The notes beneath the pieces were generated by a model that did not search any database, had not been told where the DNA came from, and worked only from the letters and a program-made list of their open reading frames with translations. The position numbers and the translations under genes were made by a program. From Candidatus Poribacteria bacterium (GTDB lineage Bacteria > Poribacteria > WGA-4E > UBA9662), in assembly GCA_046582655.1 (NCBI GenBank), contig JAYGDX010000085.1, positions 1 through 30,581 of the forward strand: a stretch of DNA of 30,581 bases, given 5' to 3'. Shown one piece after another: positions 1-8,670 of this stretch. Within the stretch, counting starts at the first letter, position 1; the number at the start of each line of letters is the position of its first letter.

Positions 1-978
1 ATCGGTAAATGGCATCTTGGCTTGGAACAGGAGAATCACCCTTGCTGCCGAGGATTTGATTATTTCCGAGGATTCCTTGGCGACATGATGGACGATTACT
101 ACACTCATCTACGTCATAATTACAACTATATGCGCTTCAACAGTGATGAAATTAGCCCGGAAGGTCATGCCACTGATCTATTCACCCAGTGGGCAATCAA
201 TCTTATTCAGGATCGAAAAGAAGTAGATCAACCCTTTTTTCTTTATCTAGCGTACAATGCGCCACATACCCCTATCCAACCGCCCAATGACTGGATTCAA
301 AAAGTTCGCCAGCGAGAACCAGATGTTAGCCCAGATCGTGCCAAGTACATAGCATTGGTGGAACATATGGATGCCGGCATTGGTCGTGTTATAAAGGAGC
401 TGAAAGATTCCGGTATGTATTCAAACACTTTGATCTTTTACACATCTGACAACGGGGGAGCGTTGCCTGTCGGTGCTTATAACGGCCCCCTACGCGGTGG
501 CAAAGAAGACATGTATGAAGGTGGAATTCGGGTTCCTGCCTGTGCTGTTTGGCCGGAACATATTTTTCCAGGCTCGGTGACAGAGCAAATCGCATTGTTA
601 ATGGATTTATTCCCGACAATCTGTGATGTAGCTGGTGTTAAAATCAACCATCCAATCGAAGGTAAATCCTTCCTTCCTACCTTATTGGGACAACATCAAG
701 AATTGAATGATCGTTTGCTCTATTGGGTTCGAAGAGAAGGCGGCACAGGTGATCATTCACCCATGTTAGGATTAGGGTATCATGCCGTTCGTCAAGGTGA
801 CATGAAGCTGTTGCACAACCGACCTTTAGATCCGTTACAATTGTTTAACCTGATTGATGATCCGAAGGAACAAAACAACCTGTCATCAATAAACCAACCG
901 GATTTTCAGGCTCTAGCCCGGCTAATGCAGCAACAAATTCAGCAGGCAGGTGCCATTCCTTGGCAAAAAACGCCCTAA
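1..978 (+). CDS. Sulfatase (arylsulfatase-like), 5'-truncated by window edge
   Basis: Frame is open from base 1 (IGKWHLG). Contains GFDYF, FFLYLAYNAPH, TSDNG, GGKEDMYEGGIRVP and LFNLIDDPKEQNNL sulfatase motifs. The CxPxR motif lies upstream of the window. Confidence 0.95.
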   Translation: MGKWHLGLEQENHPCCRGFDYFRGFLGDMMDDYYTHLRHNYNYMRFNSDEISPEGHATDLFTQWAINLIQDRKEVDQPFFLYLAYNAPHTPIQPPNDWIQKVRQREPDVSPDRAKYIALVEHMDAGIGRVIKELKDSGMYSNTLIFYTSDNGGALPVGAYNGPLRGGKEDMYEGGIRVPACAVWPEHIFPGSVTEQIALLMDLFPTICDVAGVKINHPIEGKSFLPTLLGQHQELNDRLLYWVRREGGTGDHSPMLGLGYHAVRQGDMKLLHNRPLDPLQLFNLIDDPKEQNNLSSINQPDFQALARLMQQQIQQAGAIPWQKTP

Positions 979-1035
979 ATCGGAAGTTTCCTCATATTTT
1001 ATCTCTTATATAGGAACTTATCAATTTCTCCCAGA

Positions 1036-1404
1036 TCAATATTCAACCGATGCCACTTCATAACCTTCATCCAACCATTGGCGAAAACCACCTTCCACCG
1101 AGAATAAGCTTTTATACCCCATTTTTTCTAGGGATTGTGCTGCCAACAGTGATCTGGCACCAGCGGCACAATAAAGGACAATCTCTTGATCACGGTTTGG
1201 AACTTGACTTCCTATCTGAAACTCAAGCGTTCCGCGACTCATATGAATAGCTGAAGGAATACATCCTTGAGAAAATTCCTCACCTTCACGAACGTCAATT
1301 AATACCAGATTATCGTCTCGATCTAATTTCCCCTTTAATTCATCAACCGAAATTTCTGGGATCTCCTGTTTTGCCTCTAAGACAAGGTCCATTGGAGTCT
1401 TCAT
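1036..1404 (-). CDS. Single-domain rhodanese-like sulfurtransferase
   Basis: LIDVRE..EF..GCIP, active-site loop YCAAGARS, and GGF..W motif. Confidence 0.92.
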   Translation of the reverse strand: MKTPMDLVLEAKQEIPEISVDELKGKLDRDDNLVLIDVREGEEFSQGCIPSAIHMSRGTLEFQIGSQVPNRDQEIVLYCAAGARSLLAAQSLEKMGYKSLFSVEGGFRQWLDEGYEVASVEY

Positions 1405-1464
1405 TTTTACACCTTTTAACCTTACTATTTGAATGTATATTAATGCTGTTAGGATCGGAAAGTG

Positions 1465-2205
1465 TCAGTTACTATCATCTTCCTCAACCCCATACGTTGT
1501 ACCGCCAAAAATCCCCCTCACATCTTTGGCCGTCTGGGCCTGCTGGAATCGATTAATTCGAACTTCTTCTTCTTCCCTTAGCGCCTGAACGTTACTAAAA
1601 ACATCTGCCAACTTATCAGCCGGAAACTTGCAAGCACCGTTCTCGTCCATGTGGATCAGCTCGCCCGGAGAGACATCCATACCTCCAATCGAGACAGGAA
1701 CATTGATAGCATGAATTGCCATAGCTCCGTGTCCAGGAGTAACTCCACTGAGCAGATACTGAAACTCCATCGGCCGAATTTCGTCAATATCTCTGGACGG
1801 TCCGTTGGATATAGCCCCCACACATCCCACAGCTTTCATGGCAGCTGTCATATTTCCACCTGCCAGTCCTACTTTTCCAGCGATCTCCGGTGGGAACTTC
1901 TGCTGAAAAGCTAAAATCGTTGGTTGCTTTGATACTTCTAAAGCATCAATCACATCTAAAAAAGATAATTGCGAATAATTGGGGTCGGGCAATCCATAGA
2001 CACAAGTGACAGCATAACCAACCCTCGGTCCCAATTCAGGATACATGCAGCGAATAGATTGATCCGTATACCAGTTTTCGGTCCAAGGATTATAAATTCC
2101 CAGACAAAGTGGGTCTCCTGGATAAGTAGCGACAACGTTAGTTATTGACGGCGTATCAAAGCTGTGTAACTGATCTATTATTTCCTGATCTGTTAATTCT
2201 GCCAT
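1465..2205 (-). CDS. RraA/HMG-aldolase family protein
   Basis: DTPSITN start, GYAVT, GGNM, GPSRD (R-D motif), VPVSIGGMDVSPGELIHMDENG. Confidence 0.88.
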   Translation of the reverse strand: MAELTDQEIIDQLHSFDTPSITNVVATYPGDPLCLGIYNPWTENWYTDQSIRCMYPELGPRVGYAVTCVYGLPDPNYSQLSFLDVIDALEVSKQPTILAFQQKFPPEIAGKVGLAGGNMTAAMKAVGCVGAISNGPSRDIDEIRPMEFQYLLSGVTPGHGAMAIHAINVPVSIGGMDVSPGELIHMDENGACKFPADKLADVFSNVQALREEEEVRINRFQQAQTAKDVRGIFGGTTYGVEEDDSN

Positions 2206-2301
2206 AGCGAAGTTTCCTCGATCCGAGTTTTTGAAGAATTAAAATTTTATTATCAACTACATAAATGAGACAATCATAAAACCAACAAAAAAATAGCAGC
2301 T

Positions 2302-2607
2302 TTATGGTTGCTTTAATGTTTGTTTTTGTTTATCTTTTATCTTTTTTCCCACCACACTACCTGCCGTAAAATAGACGAAATATTCTACTTTTTCCTCCAT
2401 ATATACCCACACAGTTGAGATGTAAGGAGAATCTTTTGAAGAAGCTACATATTCTTTGTCAGGCAAGCCTAACAGATCTCTAACCTGCTTGGTAGTGGTA
2501 CGATTTTCAAGCTTGTTGAACTTGGATTCTGAAAAGTGATCTCCACAACTAATGATGCAAATTAAAAACATGAACGTGGGAATTAGAAACGCAATTCTAA
2601 ATCTCAT
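2302..2607 (-). CDS. Small lipoprotein with SmpA/OmlA (BamE/BLIP-like) fold
   Basis: Signal peptide ending in lipobox IISC. F.KL...TT.KQVRDLLGLPD....WVY....YFVYF pattern. Confidence 0.65.
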   Translation of the reverse strand: MRFRIAFLIPTFMFLICIISCGDHFSESKFNKLENRTTTKQVRDLLGLPDKEYVASSKDSPYISTVWVYMEEKVEYFVYFTAGSVVGKKIKDKQKQTLKQP

Positions 2608-2776
2608 AAATATCTCACAAATACGAAAGGGTAGTACGACATATCATCATTTTAAAGTTATCTTAAACAAATGCCTGCCATCCATATCTTATTCGGGTTC
2701 CACATGATATACCTCAAATGAGACAAATATTGCCAGAAAATTGAGAAAAGGAAACCTATCAAGCTTAGACCTGATC

Positions 2777-4420
2777 CTACTCGGTATGAGCCAAGGACAC
2801 AATTTCATTTTGCAACAAAGTACGATTATAGATCCGAAAATCGTACATTCTGCCGTTATAGTACGCATGTGATCCGAATCCAACACTGATTGGCAACTCT
2901 AACCCATGGAGATTCAAGTCATTATCTGTAAGGGTATCTGCCATGCACTGGCCATTGACATAAATCTGTAAGCGCTTACCATCACGCGTTGCCACTAAAT
3001 GCTGCCAACCGAAAGGTAACGCATAGTCAACGGTGGCATTCAATCCAGTCTCTAAACTCATCACCTGTCCCATAGGCAGTGTTCCGGCAAAGAGTTTTCC
3101 ACCATAAACAGCCATCGACCAAACTCGTCGATAAGTCACGTCTGGAGTGGAATCGAGATTAGCGATAAATGTCAGCTTCCCAGTATCCAGACGCCAGACA
3201 TCAGCAGACGGCAAAGATCCAACATACATCTTCTGATTGTATATGGCCATAGCCATAATCTCCTGTTCATCACCTGCTCGACTAATGGGTTCCCAAGTTT
3301 CGCCACCAACATAACGCTGGATATTTCCTACTGGCCATGTCCCCACGTAAAGATCTCCTTGATATATGGCCGCTCCATAAGTTTGCGTGGAACCGATTGG
3401 AGTGCCGCAGTATTCCCACTCATGATCTGCTATATAACGAAACACCTCTCCCCCATTGGCCAAGGCGTATAACTCACTTTGATAAATGGTGAAACTGAAT
3501 AGGCGTTTATCAAGCCCAACCGGTTTCCAATACTGATCACCTTCATATTTGAAGACTCCACGTCGATAGTAACTGGTAACAAACAATTCGCCTTTAAACA
3601 CAGTCAAAGACCCGCTCATGTCTGCTTTTCCGGTTTCGTAACCTTCAACCTGCTGATCTTCCGGAGTAGCGTCCTCAACACCGGGATGCCCGCAATATGT
3701 CCACTTTCCGCTACTCTCAATACGGTAAACGTGTCCGCCCGGATTAGTATTTTTTGCAGGACCAAGTGCTGATCCATGTGAATTGTATCGCCCCGTACAG
3801 CAGTATAACGCGCCATCGAAGGATGCAATTGAGTTGATGGAGTTGGATCTATCTGGTGAGGGGCCAAGATCGCACCATTTATGAGGGCCTTGGTACAACC
3901 ACAGATGCCCAGTTTCCTCAGAATCCGCTTCAAAAGTTGCAGCGTACAAGTATCCACCCGAGACATGGAGTGCCTTGACCAGAACAGCATTCCCCGGACG
4001 TCCCTGATTAACCCAATTTGCCGTCTTATCGCCCTGATCAATGCCAAAATGAATATTCCGATAGTTCGCCTGTGCTGTTGACGTAACACCTGTGTTAGTA
4101 ATCAGGCTTAACCCAAAACCATGACGAATTGTTGGATCGAATTGACTTACAATGTCACCGACTACGTCAGTATTCCATTCTGTTTCAATCCAACACGAGA
4201 TGGTAAAGTCATCCAACTGCAAGGCAGGATGGCCCTGAATGGTTAGACGGCTGCTGATACCGTTGAATCGGACGGCATGCGGGGTAGGAGATTTGCTGGA
4301 AGCAACTTTCTCCAACTGGAGATTTTCTGGTTCTAAACTCAACTGAGCCCCAGAATGATTTCGCAAATCTCTGTCAAAAGGCAAGTGTACAATCAAACTT
4401 TGATCAAGCGACATATCCAT
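2777..4420 (-). CDS. LamG/ConA-like jelly-roll protein with inserted ~7-blade beta-propeller
   Basis: N-terminal LamG half (VHLPFD, FNG, DFTISCWI) and C-terminal half (WQHLVATRDG..LQIYVNG, YNGRMYDFRIYNRTL) flank seven repeats of an xxY/FxGxLY/FxGT-type motif. Confidence 0.85.
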   Translation of the reverse strand: MDMSLDQSLIVHLPFDRDLRNHSGAQLSLEPENLQLEKVASSKSPTPHAVRFNGISSRLTIQGHPALQLDDFTISCWIETEWNTDVVGDIVSQFDPTIRHGFGLSLITNTGVTSTAQANYRNIHFGIDQGDKTANWVNQGRPGNAVLVKALHVSGGYLYAATFEADSEETGHLWLYQGPHKWCDLGPSPDRSNSINSIASFDGALYCCTGRYNSHGSALGPAKNTNPGGHVYRIESSGKWTYCGHPGVEDATPEDQQVEGYETGKADMSGSLTVFKGELFVTSYYRRGVFKYEGDQYWKPVGLDKRLFSFTIYQSELYALANGGEVFRYIADHEWEYCGTPIGSTQTYGAAIYQGDLYVGTWPVGNIQRYVGGETWEPISRAGDEQEIMAMAIYNQKMYVGSLPSADVWRLDTGKLTFIANLDSTPDVTYRRVWSMAVYGGKLFAGTLPMGQVMSLETGLNATVDYALPFGWQHLVATRDGKRLQIYVNGQCMADTLTDNDLNLHGLELPISVGFGSHAYYNGRMYDFRIYNRTLLQNEIVSLAHTE

Positions 4421-4460
4421 ATTGAAATTCTAGTTTAGCGAGCTGATAATGCTATTTAGA

Positions 4461-5309
4461 TTAGAAAATTCCAATCCTTTGAGCAATTGAATTATTGTTG
4501 TAAAGGATATGTATTCTCTTCTTCTCGTAATAGTGCCACATGTTATCCTTCCATTGGAATATCTTATCGGCCGGCCCAAGTTCCGACGAGATTTGATCGA
4601 AACTGCTACCAATACCAAAACCACGCTCCGTTTTTGATTTATTGGGTGCTTCAATGTCTACTGCGATAACCACATGGGTCGCCCCAGCTACTGCAAAGTA
4701 GATACCCAAGTTCTCATAAGCGAAGAATTTTGCCTTATTATCCTCCAGAAATTCTTTTCGAAACCCATCATTAGCACCTTCTAACCACATATCAGTTTTT
4801 TTATCAACACTTGCCTCCCCATACAGCATTTGGACTTTACTTAAAGGATATTCCAACATAATACCGGCCACGAACTCACTTGGCTCTATCCGATTCAGCA
4901 GTCTGACTTTAACCTGTCTTGATCTGTAGACAGGCTTACTAATATTATCGTTGACAGTAACTGTAACAACGATCGTTTTCTCCAAGAACCTTCCAAACAA
5001 TTGCCTAGGTTCCTGAGGAGGTATCCAAATAACTGTCTCTTGATTTCTCGAACTGAGCTTTCCACCACTGACTTCCCATGTATAAGTTAGCGCATCACCT
5101 TCTTGATCGTGGGCAACGACTTCGAGAGTCACCTCCTCACCTGAATTGGCTTCCGTGGGAACAGTAAAATCATTAATAATAGGTGAAGTATTTGATGTAT
5201 CAATACCAGATTTACCAACCTCGTCCTCGCCACAGCTAATAAATATTATGCCAGCTACAACAAAGGTAACAAGTAGATTCAGCACCGATTTCAAGCTGGA
5301 CTTTGGCAT
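4461..5309 (-). CDS. Lipoprotein with PKD/Ig-like domain and two BLIP/SmpA-like repeats
   Basis: Lipobox FISC. NTSPII...V.AHDQEGDALTYTW..SGG.L (PKD/Ig-like). Repeats GIMLEYPLSKVQMLYGEA and GFGIGSSFDQISSELGPAD. Confidence 0.7.
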   Translation of the reverse strand: MPKSSLKSVLNLLVTFVVAGIIFISCGEDEVGKSGIDTSNTSPIINDFTVPTEANSGEEVTLEVVAHDQEGDALTYTWEVSGGKLSSRNQETVIWIPPQEPRQLFGRFLEKTIVVTVTVNDNISKPVYRSRQVKVRLLNRIEPSEFVAGIMLEYPLSKVQMLYGEASVDKKTDMWLEGANDGFRKEFLEDNKAKFFAYENLGIYFAVAGATHVVIAVDIEAPNKSKTERGFGIGSSFDQISSELGPADKIFQWKDNMWHYYEKKRIHILYNNNSIAQRIGIF

Positions 5310-5365
5310 TTCAATTGCTCCTTTAAATTACCATGCAGTATAAAATTTGATTCTAATAACTTAGC

Positions 5366-6553
5366 CTAGGTTTGTTCATCTGGCGGCCATGGATCAAGTG
5401 ACGCACCAGTTGGGCGCGGTTGAGTTGGACGTATAGGCATCTCCGCATAGGATCGATAGCTGATCTCCGCCATATACGGTGTTTCGATACGAACGTGACC
5501 GTGATACCTTGACCTCATGGCCGCATCCAGAACTCCAGTTGTGATCAAGGTACGTTCAACGGGATATTGGGGTTGACCTCTTAAAAACATCTTTTCTATA
5601 TTGAGACTCAGGTAACTGAAATGCGCAAATGGGCCTTCATTTTGCAAGTAGAATTCGGTTGCATGAATTTCGCCATCTAATTTCGCCGCGTAGGCAAAGT
5701 CACCAACGTACCCATTGAGCATCAACATGGCTGATTTGAATCCATCACTATGCTCAATGAGAAAAACCTCCGGATTTTGACAACATTCTTCCATAGTCCC
5801 ATCCGGTTTTTTGACAATAGCGCCACAGGCAGCCTCAGCCAATTCACGTGACCAGAGCCCCTGGTCACCCACTTGCCAAACATCATCTCCTTCTAAACAC
5901 TGTACTGACACCACTCCGGATTCACCACCTGTCCGACGTTCAATCATACACTGCAACGTTTCAAGTGCATGAAACCCGTAAGACTCTATTCCGCCGTAGC
6001 CGATAGCAACTGCTGACTCCAATGGTGCGTCCAAATCATGTTCCAAAAATGGACTCCGCCAGCAGAGGGGTAGGGATGATCCAGCCATGAACGACACATC
6101 CAGTTCTCGTGCCCGGTCATACATCCATCTAGCATCCATCCAGTTGTAAGACAGGTGCTTATCACAGAATATTGGTACAGAACGATCGCTTGAAGCGAAA
6201 ACACCACAGATCTGTTCAAACATATAACGCCGTGGATACATATGCTGTTCATACTCATTGTGCGGGTAGTCACCGTGCTCACCAATCAATAAAACTCCAT
6301 CAACTGCCAGTTCTTTCCCTCCAAGTGTCAATGACTGACGAATACTTTGGTAAATCGGTATATTGTACTGCGCTGCCAGTTGGCACCCAACGTCACGAGG
6401 ATCAATCTGATCCAAATAGATGGATGCAAGATCAACTTGAGGTAATAACAATCCGCTGTCCGTTGGAAACCCTTTCATATACTTAGTTGGAATTACGTCC
6501 GCATGAGAGAGAGAATAGTAAGTTGTGATAATAGCTGCTATTTTTGGAGACAT
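5366..6553 (-). CDS. Conserved hypothetical protein, divergent Gfo/Idh/MocA-like oxidoreductase
   Basis: SHADVI, LAVDGVLLIGEHGDYP, PIFCDKHLS, MAGSSLP, SYGFHALE and PVERTL motifs resemble a family I recall from Planctomycetota/Poribacteria. DKHL stands where EKP normally is. Confidence 0.75.
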   Translation of the reverse strand: MSPKIAAIITTYYSLSHADVIPTKYMKGFPTDSGLLLPQVDLASIYLDQIDPRDVGCQLAAQYNIPIYQSIRQSLTLGGKELAVDGVLLIGEHGDYPHNEYEQHMYPRRYMFEQICGVFASSDRSVPIFCDKHLSYNWMDARWMYDRARELDVSFMAGSSLPLCWRSPFLEHDLDAPLESAVAIGYGGIESYGFHALETLQCMIERRTGGESGVVSVQCLEGDDVWQVGDQGLWSRELAEAACGAIVKKPDGTMEECCQNPEVFLIEHSDGFKSAMLMLNGYVGDFAYAAKLDGEIHATEFYLQNEGPFAHFSYLSLNIEKMFLRGQPQYPVERTLITTGVLDAAMRSRYHGHVRIETPYMAEISYRSYAEMPIRPTQPRPTGASLDPWPPDEQT

Positions 6554-6730
6554 CTGTCTATTTCACCCCACGGTGTGGTTTTATGGGTTTTAGGTACAAA
6601 TGCAAAACGAAATGTATTGAACTGAATTGGGCTTAGAATTAAAAAAATATTTGGTTAATCTCGAAAAAAATTGATCCTGAGAAAAGAACAACATAATCCA
6701 GAAAAAATGACTGATTTTCGTTTTATTTGC

Positions 6731-6884
6731 CTAATGCAAGCTATGTGAAAGCTAGCGTTTCGTTTCTTCTACAACCATTTGTTTTGGTCGGCGTAAATCT
6801 TCCAGTTGATCCGACAAATCCATCAAGAATCATGATTCGTTTAGCAAGAATATCTTTGATGTTTTGTGTGGCGTTGGTTGGCAT
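6731..6884 (-). pseudogene. metH: Deletion scar of cobalamin-dependent methionine synthase (N-terminus fused to C-terminus)
   Basis: From ATG 6884: MPTNATQNIKDILAKRIMILDG, matching the MetH start L..RILVLDGxMGT. Immediately after the junction at ~6819/6820, with small indels: IC(R)DQLEDYADQKQMVVEETKR*LSHSLH*, matching the MetH end I.RDQVEDYARRKGMSV.EVERWLAPNLGY. Confidence 0.85.
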
Positions 6885-6918
6885 AGCTATTGGGATTCGG
6901 ATTAATTCAGGAGAGGAA

Positions 6919-7695
6919 TCACGTTGTAAAACTCTTGAGGGCATTGGCAATTTTCTGCATCAGCGTTTTGCCCGAACGCCGAGTATTTGGGAGTGGTTCT
7001 TGATCCTCTTGGTATTCGGGTATATTGTCGAGATCGTACTGTTCAGCATTCAATTGCCTGAGATGCTCGATTGCATCTGTGTAGGAAGGGTTAATTCTGA
7101 GGACTTGATACCAGTTTTCAATAGCTGCTTCAGTATCTCCTACACTGTGATATGTTTCTGCTAATCTATTGTAAGCTTCCAACAAATCCGGTTCAATTTC
7201 AATCGCGTCATGAAAACACTCAATAGCCAACTTAGGTTCTCCACAATAATGGTAAGCACTACCAAGATTATTGTAGATCTCAGCCAGATGCAAACCTTTT
7301 TGGATAGCTGTCTTCCACAGTTCAATTGCTTCATCATGGCTTCCACTTTCCCATACGTCAATCGCACGGTTATTAGCCACTTCGGCTCTTTGCCGCATTG
7401 CTTTATCTGTCCCCGAATTATTTACAAAAGACCTCTTGGAACGTTTACTTTGGTAATCAAGTTGTCGGTTATACCGCTGACGTTTTTGCGGATCCTTAAG
7501 AACTTCATAGGCGGTACGAATCAGATCCGTTTCCCTTTGAGCCAGCTGCAGTAACCGTTCTCCTAAACCGTCAAGTTTTCCAGGGTCATATTCCTGCTGT
7601 TTCCTGTCCATGGCAGTTTCTATTTCAAGCAACGTTGCATCTCGCGACACACTGAAAACTTGGTAATAGTCTCTGTGATTACCTAAAGGATCCAT
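6919..7695 (-). CDS. J-domain-like (HPD replaced by DPG) + TPR repeat protein
   Basis: DYYQVFSVSRDAT..EI...QEYDPGKL...IRTAYEVLKDPQKRQRYN, followed by 3-4 TPRs (IYNNLGSAY, AYNRLAETY). Confidence 0.85.
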   Translation of the reverse strand: MDPLGNHRDYYQVFSVSRDATLLEIETAMDRKQQEYDPGKLDGLGERLLQLAQRETDLIRTAYEVLKDPQKRQRYNRQLDYQSKRSKRSFVNNSGTDKAMRQRAEVANNRAIDVWESGSHDEAIELWKTAIQKGLHLAEIYNNLGSAYHYCGEPKLAIECFHDAIEIEPDLLEAYNRLAETYHSVGDTEAAIENWYQVLRINPSYTDAIEHLRQLNAEQYDLDNIPEYQEDQEPLPNTRRSGKTLMQKIANALKSFTT

Positions 7696-7732
7696 TGAAG
7701 TCCCCTCTCAAGTATTTCCTAAACGAGTAACA

Positions 7733-7762
7733 AATATAACATAATTGGTAATATAGAGTCAA
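7733..7762 (-). promoter_or_regulatory. Putative sigma70 promoter for the J/TPR gene
   Basis: Minus strand TTGACT-18 nt-TATATT with a TG extension, ~40 bp upstream of ATG 7695. Confidence 0.45.
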
Positions 7763-7796
7763 CGAACAGTTTTGGTCTAACATAACTGAGGCAAAC

Positions 7797-7826
7797 TTGA
7801 CTTAGTTACGCGCTGAAGTATATATT
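7797..7826 (+). promoter_or_regulatory. Putative sigma70 promoter for the tonB-like gene
   Basis: TTGACT (7797-7802), 18 nt, TATATT (7821-7826). Divergent partner of the promoter above. Confidence 0.45.
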
Positions 7827-7871
7827 AAAGACACCAACATAACCACACAAATACACAGTTAATACTTCATA

Positions 7872-8663
7872 ATGCGAAAACAATTGCTCGCACTTTCCAT
7901 ATCGTTGGGCATTCACTCCATAATTATGCTGATAATTGGTTACTACATCGTACAACAAGTTATTCTTGATAAAGAAATTTTTTACACAACCTTGACAAGA
8001 GTTTCCTCGCCTAAGATAAGGCGCCGTACACTTCCACACAGGCTTAGGACGATGTCGACACCCAAGGCATCTGTCCAAACCCCAACCCCTAAGTTGCAAC
8101 AGGTAACGACTAATGTAAAACTGCCGATGAGCGACTCATCTCATTCAATTCCAGCTGGACATGCCGAAACTTTAGGCACATCATTGATACCAAATGATCA
8201 GATTGGTTCAGGCTTATCTACAAAAAGAGCTCTGAAAATATACAGAGGTAATTCCGTGGTGACATCGCAGAAACCAAAGATTATGCCAGAACGTTCACAA
8301 TCTTCAATTTTGGAAAATCTTGACACAAGTTTACCAGAAGCAAAACTCGCATTTGAAGCCCCAAAAGAACATATTTTCCGACAAGAAGATGTAACACAAA
8401 AACCACGCTTTATTAAAAGAATTATCCCAAAATACCCTGAACTTGCCCGTAGAGTACAGAAAGAGGGAAAAGTCCTACTTGAAGCAATCATTGGAACGGA
8501 TGGTATTCCCACAGAGATACGTATTATTCAAGCTATCGGATTCGGATGCGACGAAGCGGCGGTCAAAGCACTAAGATCATCTAGGTTTAGACCAGCAGAG
8601 TTAGAAAAACACCCTGTGGTTGTCAGAATTACGATCCCCTATAACTTTAAATTCAACCAATAA
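7872..8663 (+). CDS. tonB: Energy transducer TonB family protein
   Basis: N-terminal TM with S..IH motif (SLGIHSII). P/T/K-rich linker. C-terminal PKYPELARRVQKEGKV.L...IG.DG, GFGCDEAAVKA, F.PA, V.ITIPYNF. Confidence 0.9.
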   Translation: MRKQLLALSISLGIHSIIMLIIGYYIVQQVILDKEIFYTTLTRVSSPKIRRRTLPHRLRTMSTPKASVQTPTPKLQQVTTNVKLPMSDSSHSIPAGHAETLGTSLIPNDQIGSGLSTKRALKIYRGNSVVTSQKPKIMPERSQSSILENLDTSLPEAKLAFEAPKEHIFRQEDVTQKPRFIKRIIPKYPELARRVQKEGKVLLEAIIGTDGIPTEIRIIQAIGFGCDEAAVKALRSSRFRPAELEKHPVVVRITIPYNFKFNQ

Positions 8664-8670
8664 CCAAATA

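Noticed and set aside
985..1019. Imperfect inverted repeat between the convergent sulfatase and rhodanese genes
   Set aside because: AT-rich, bulged and with a long loop. Too weak to call a terminator.
6727..7164. 145-aa plus-strand hydrophobic ORF, and the 69-aa ORF 6741..6950
   Set aside because: The first is antisense to the J/TPR gene and the metH scar. The second is the metH stub read out of frame after the junction.
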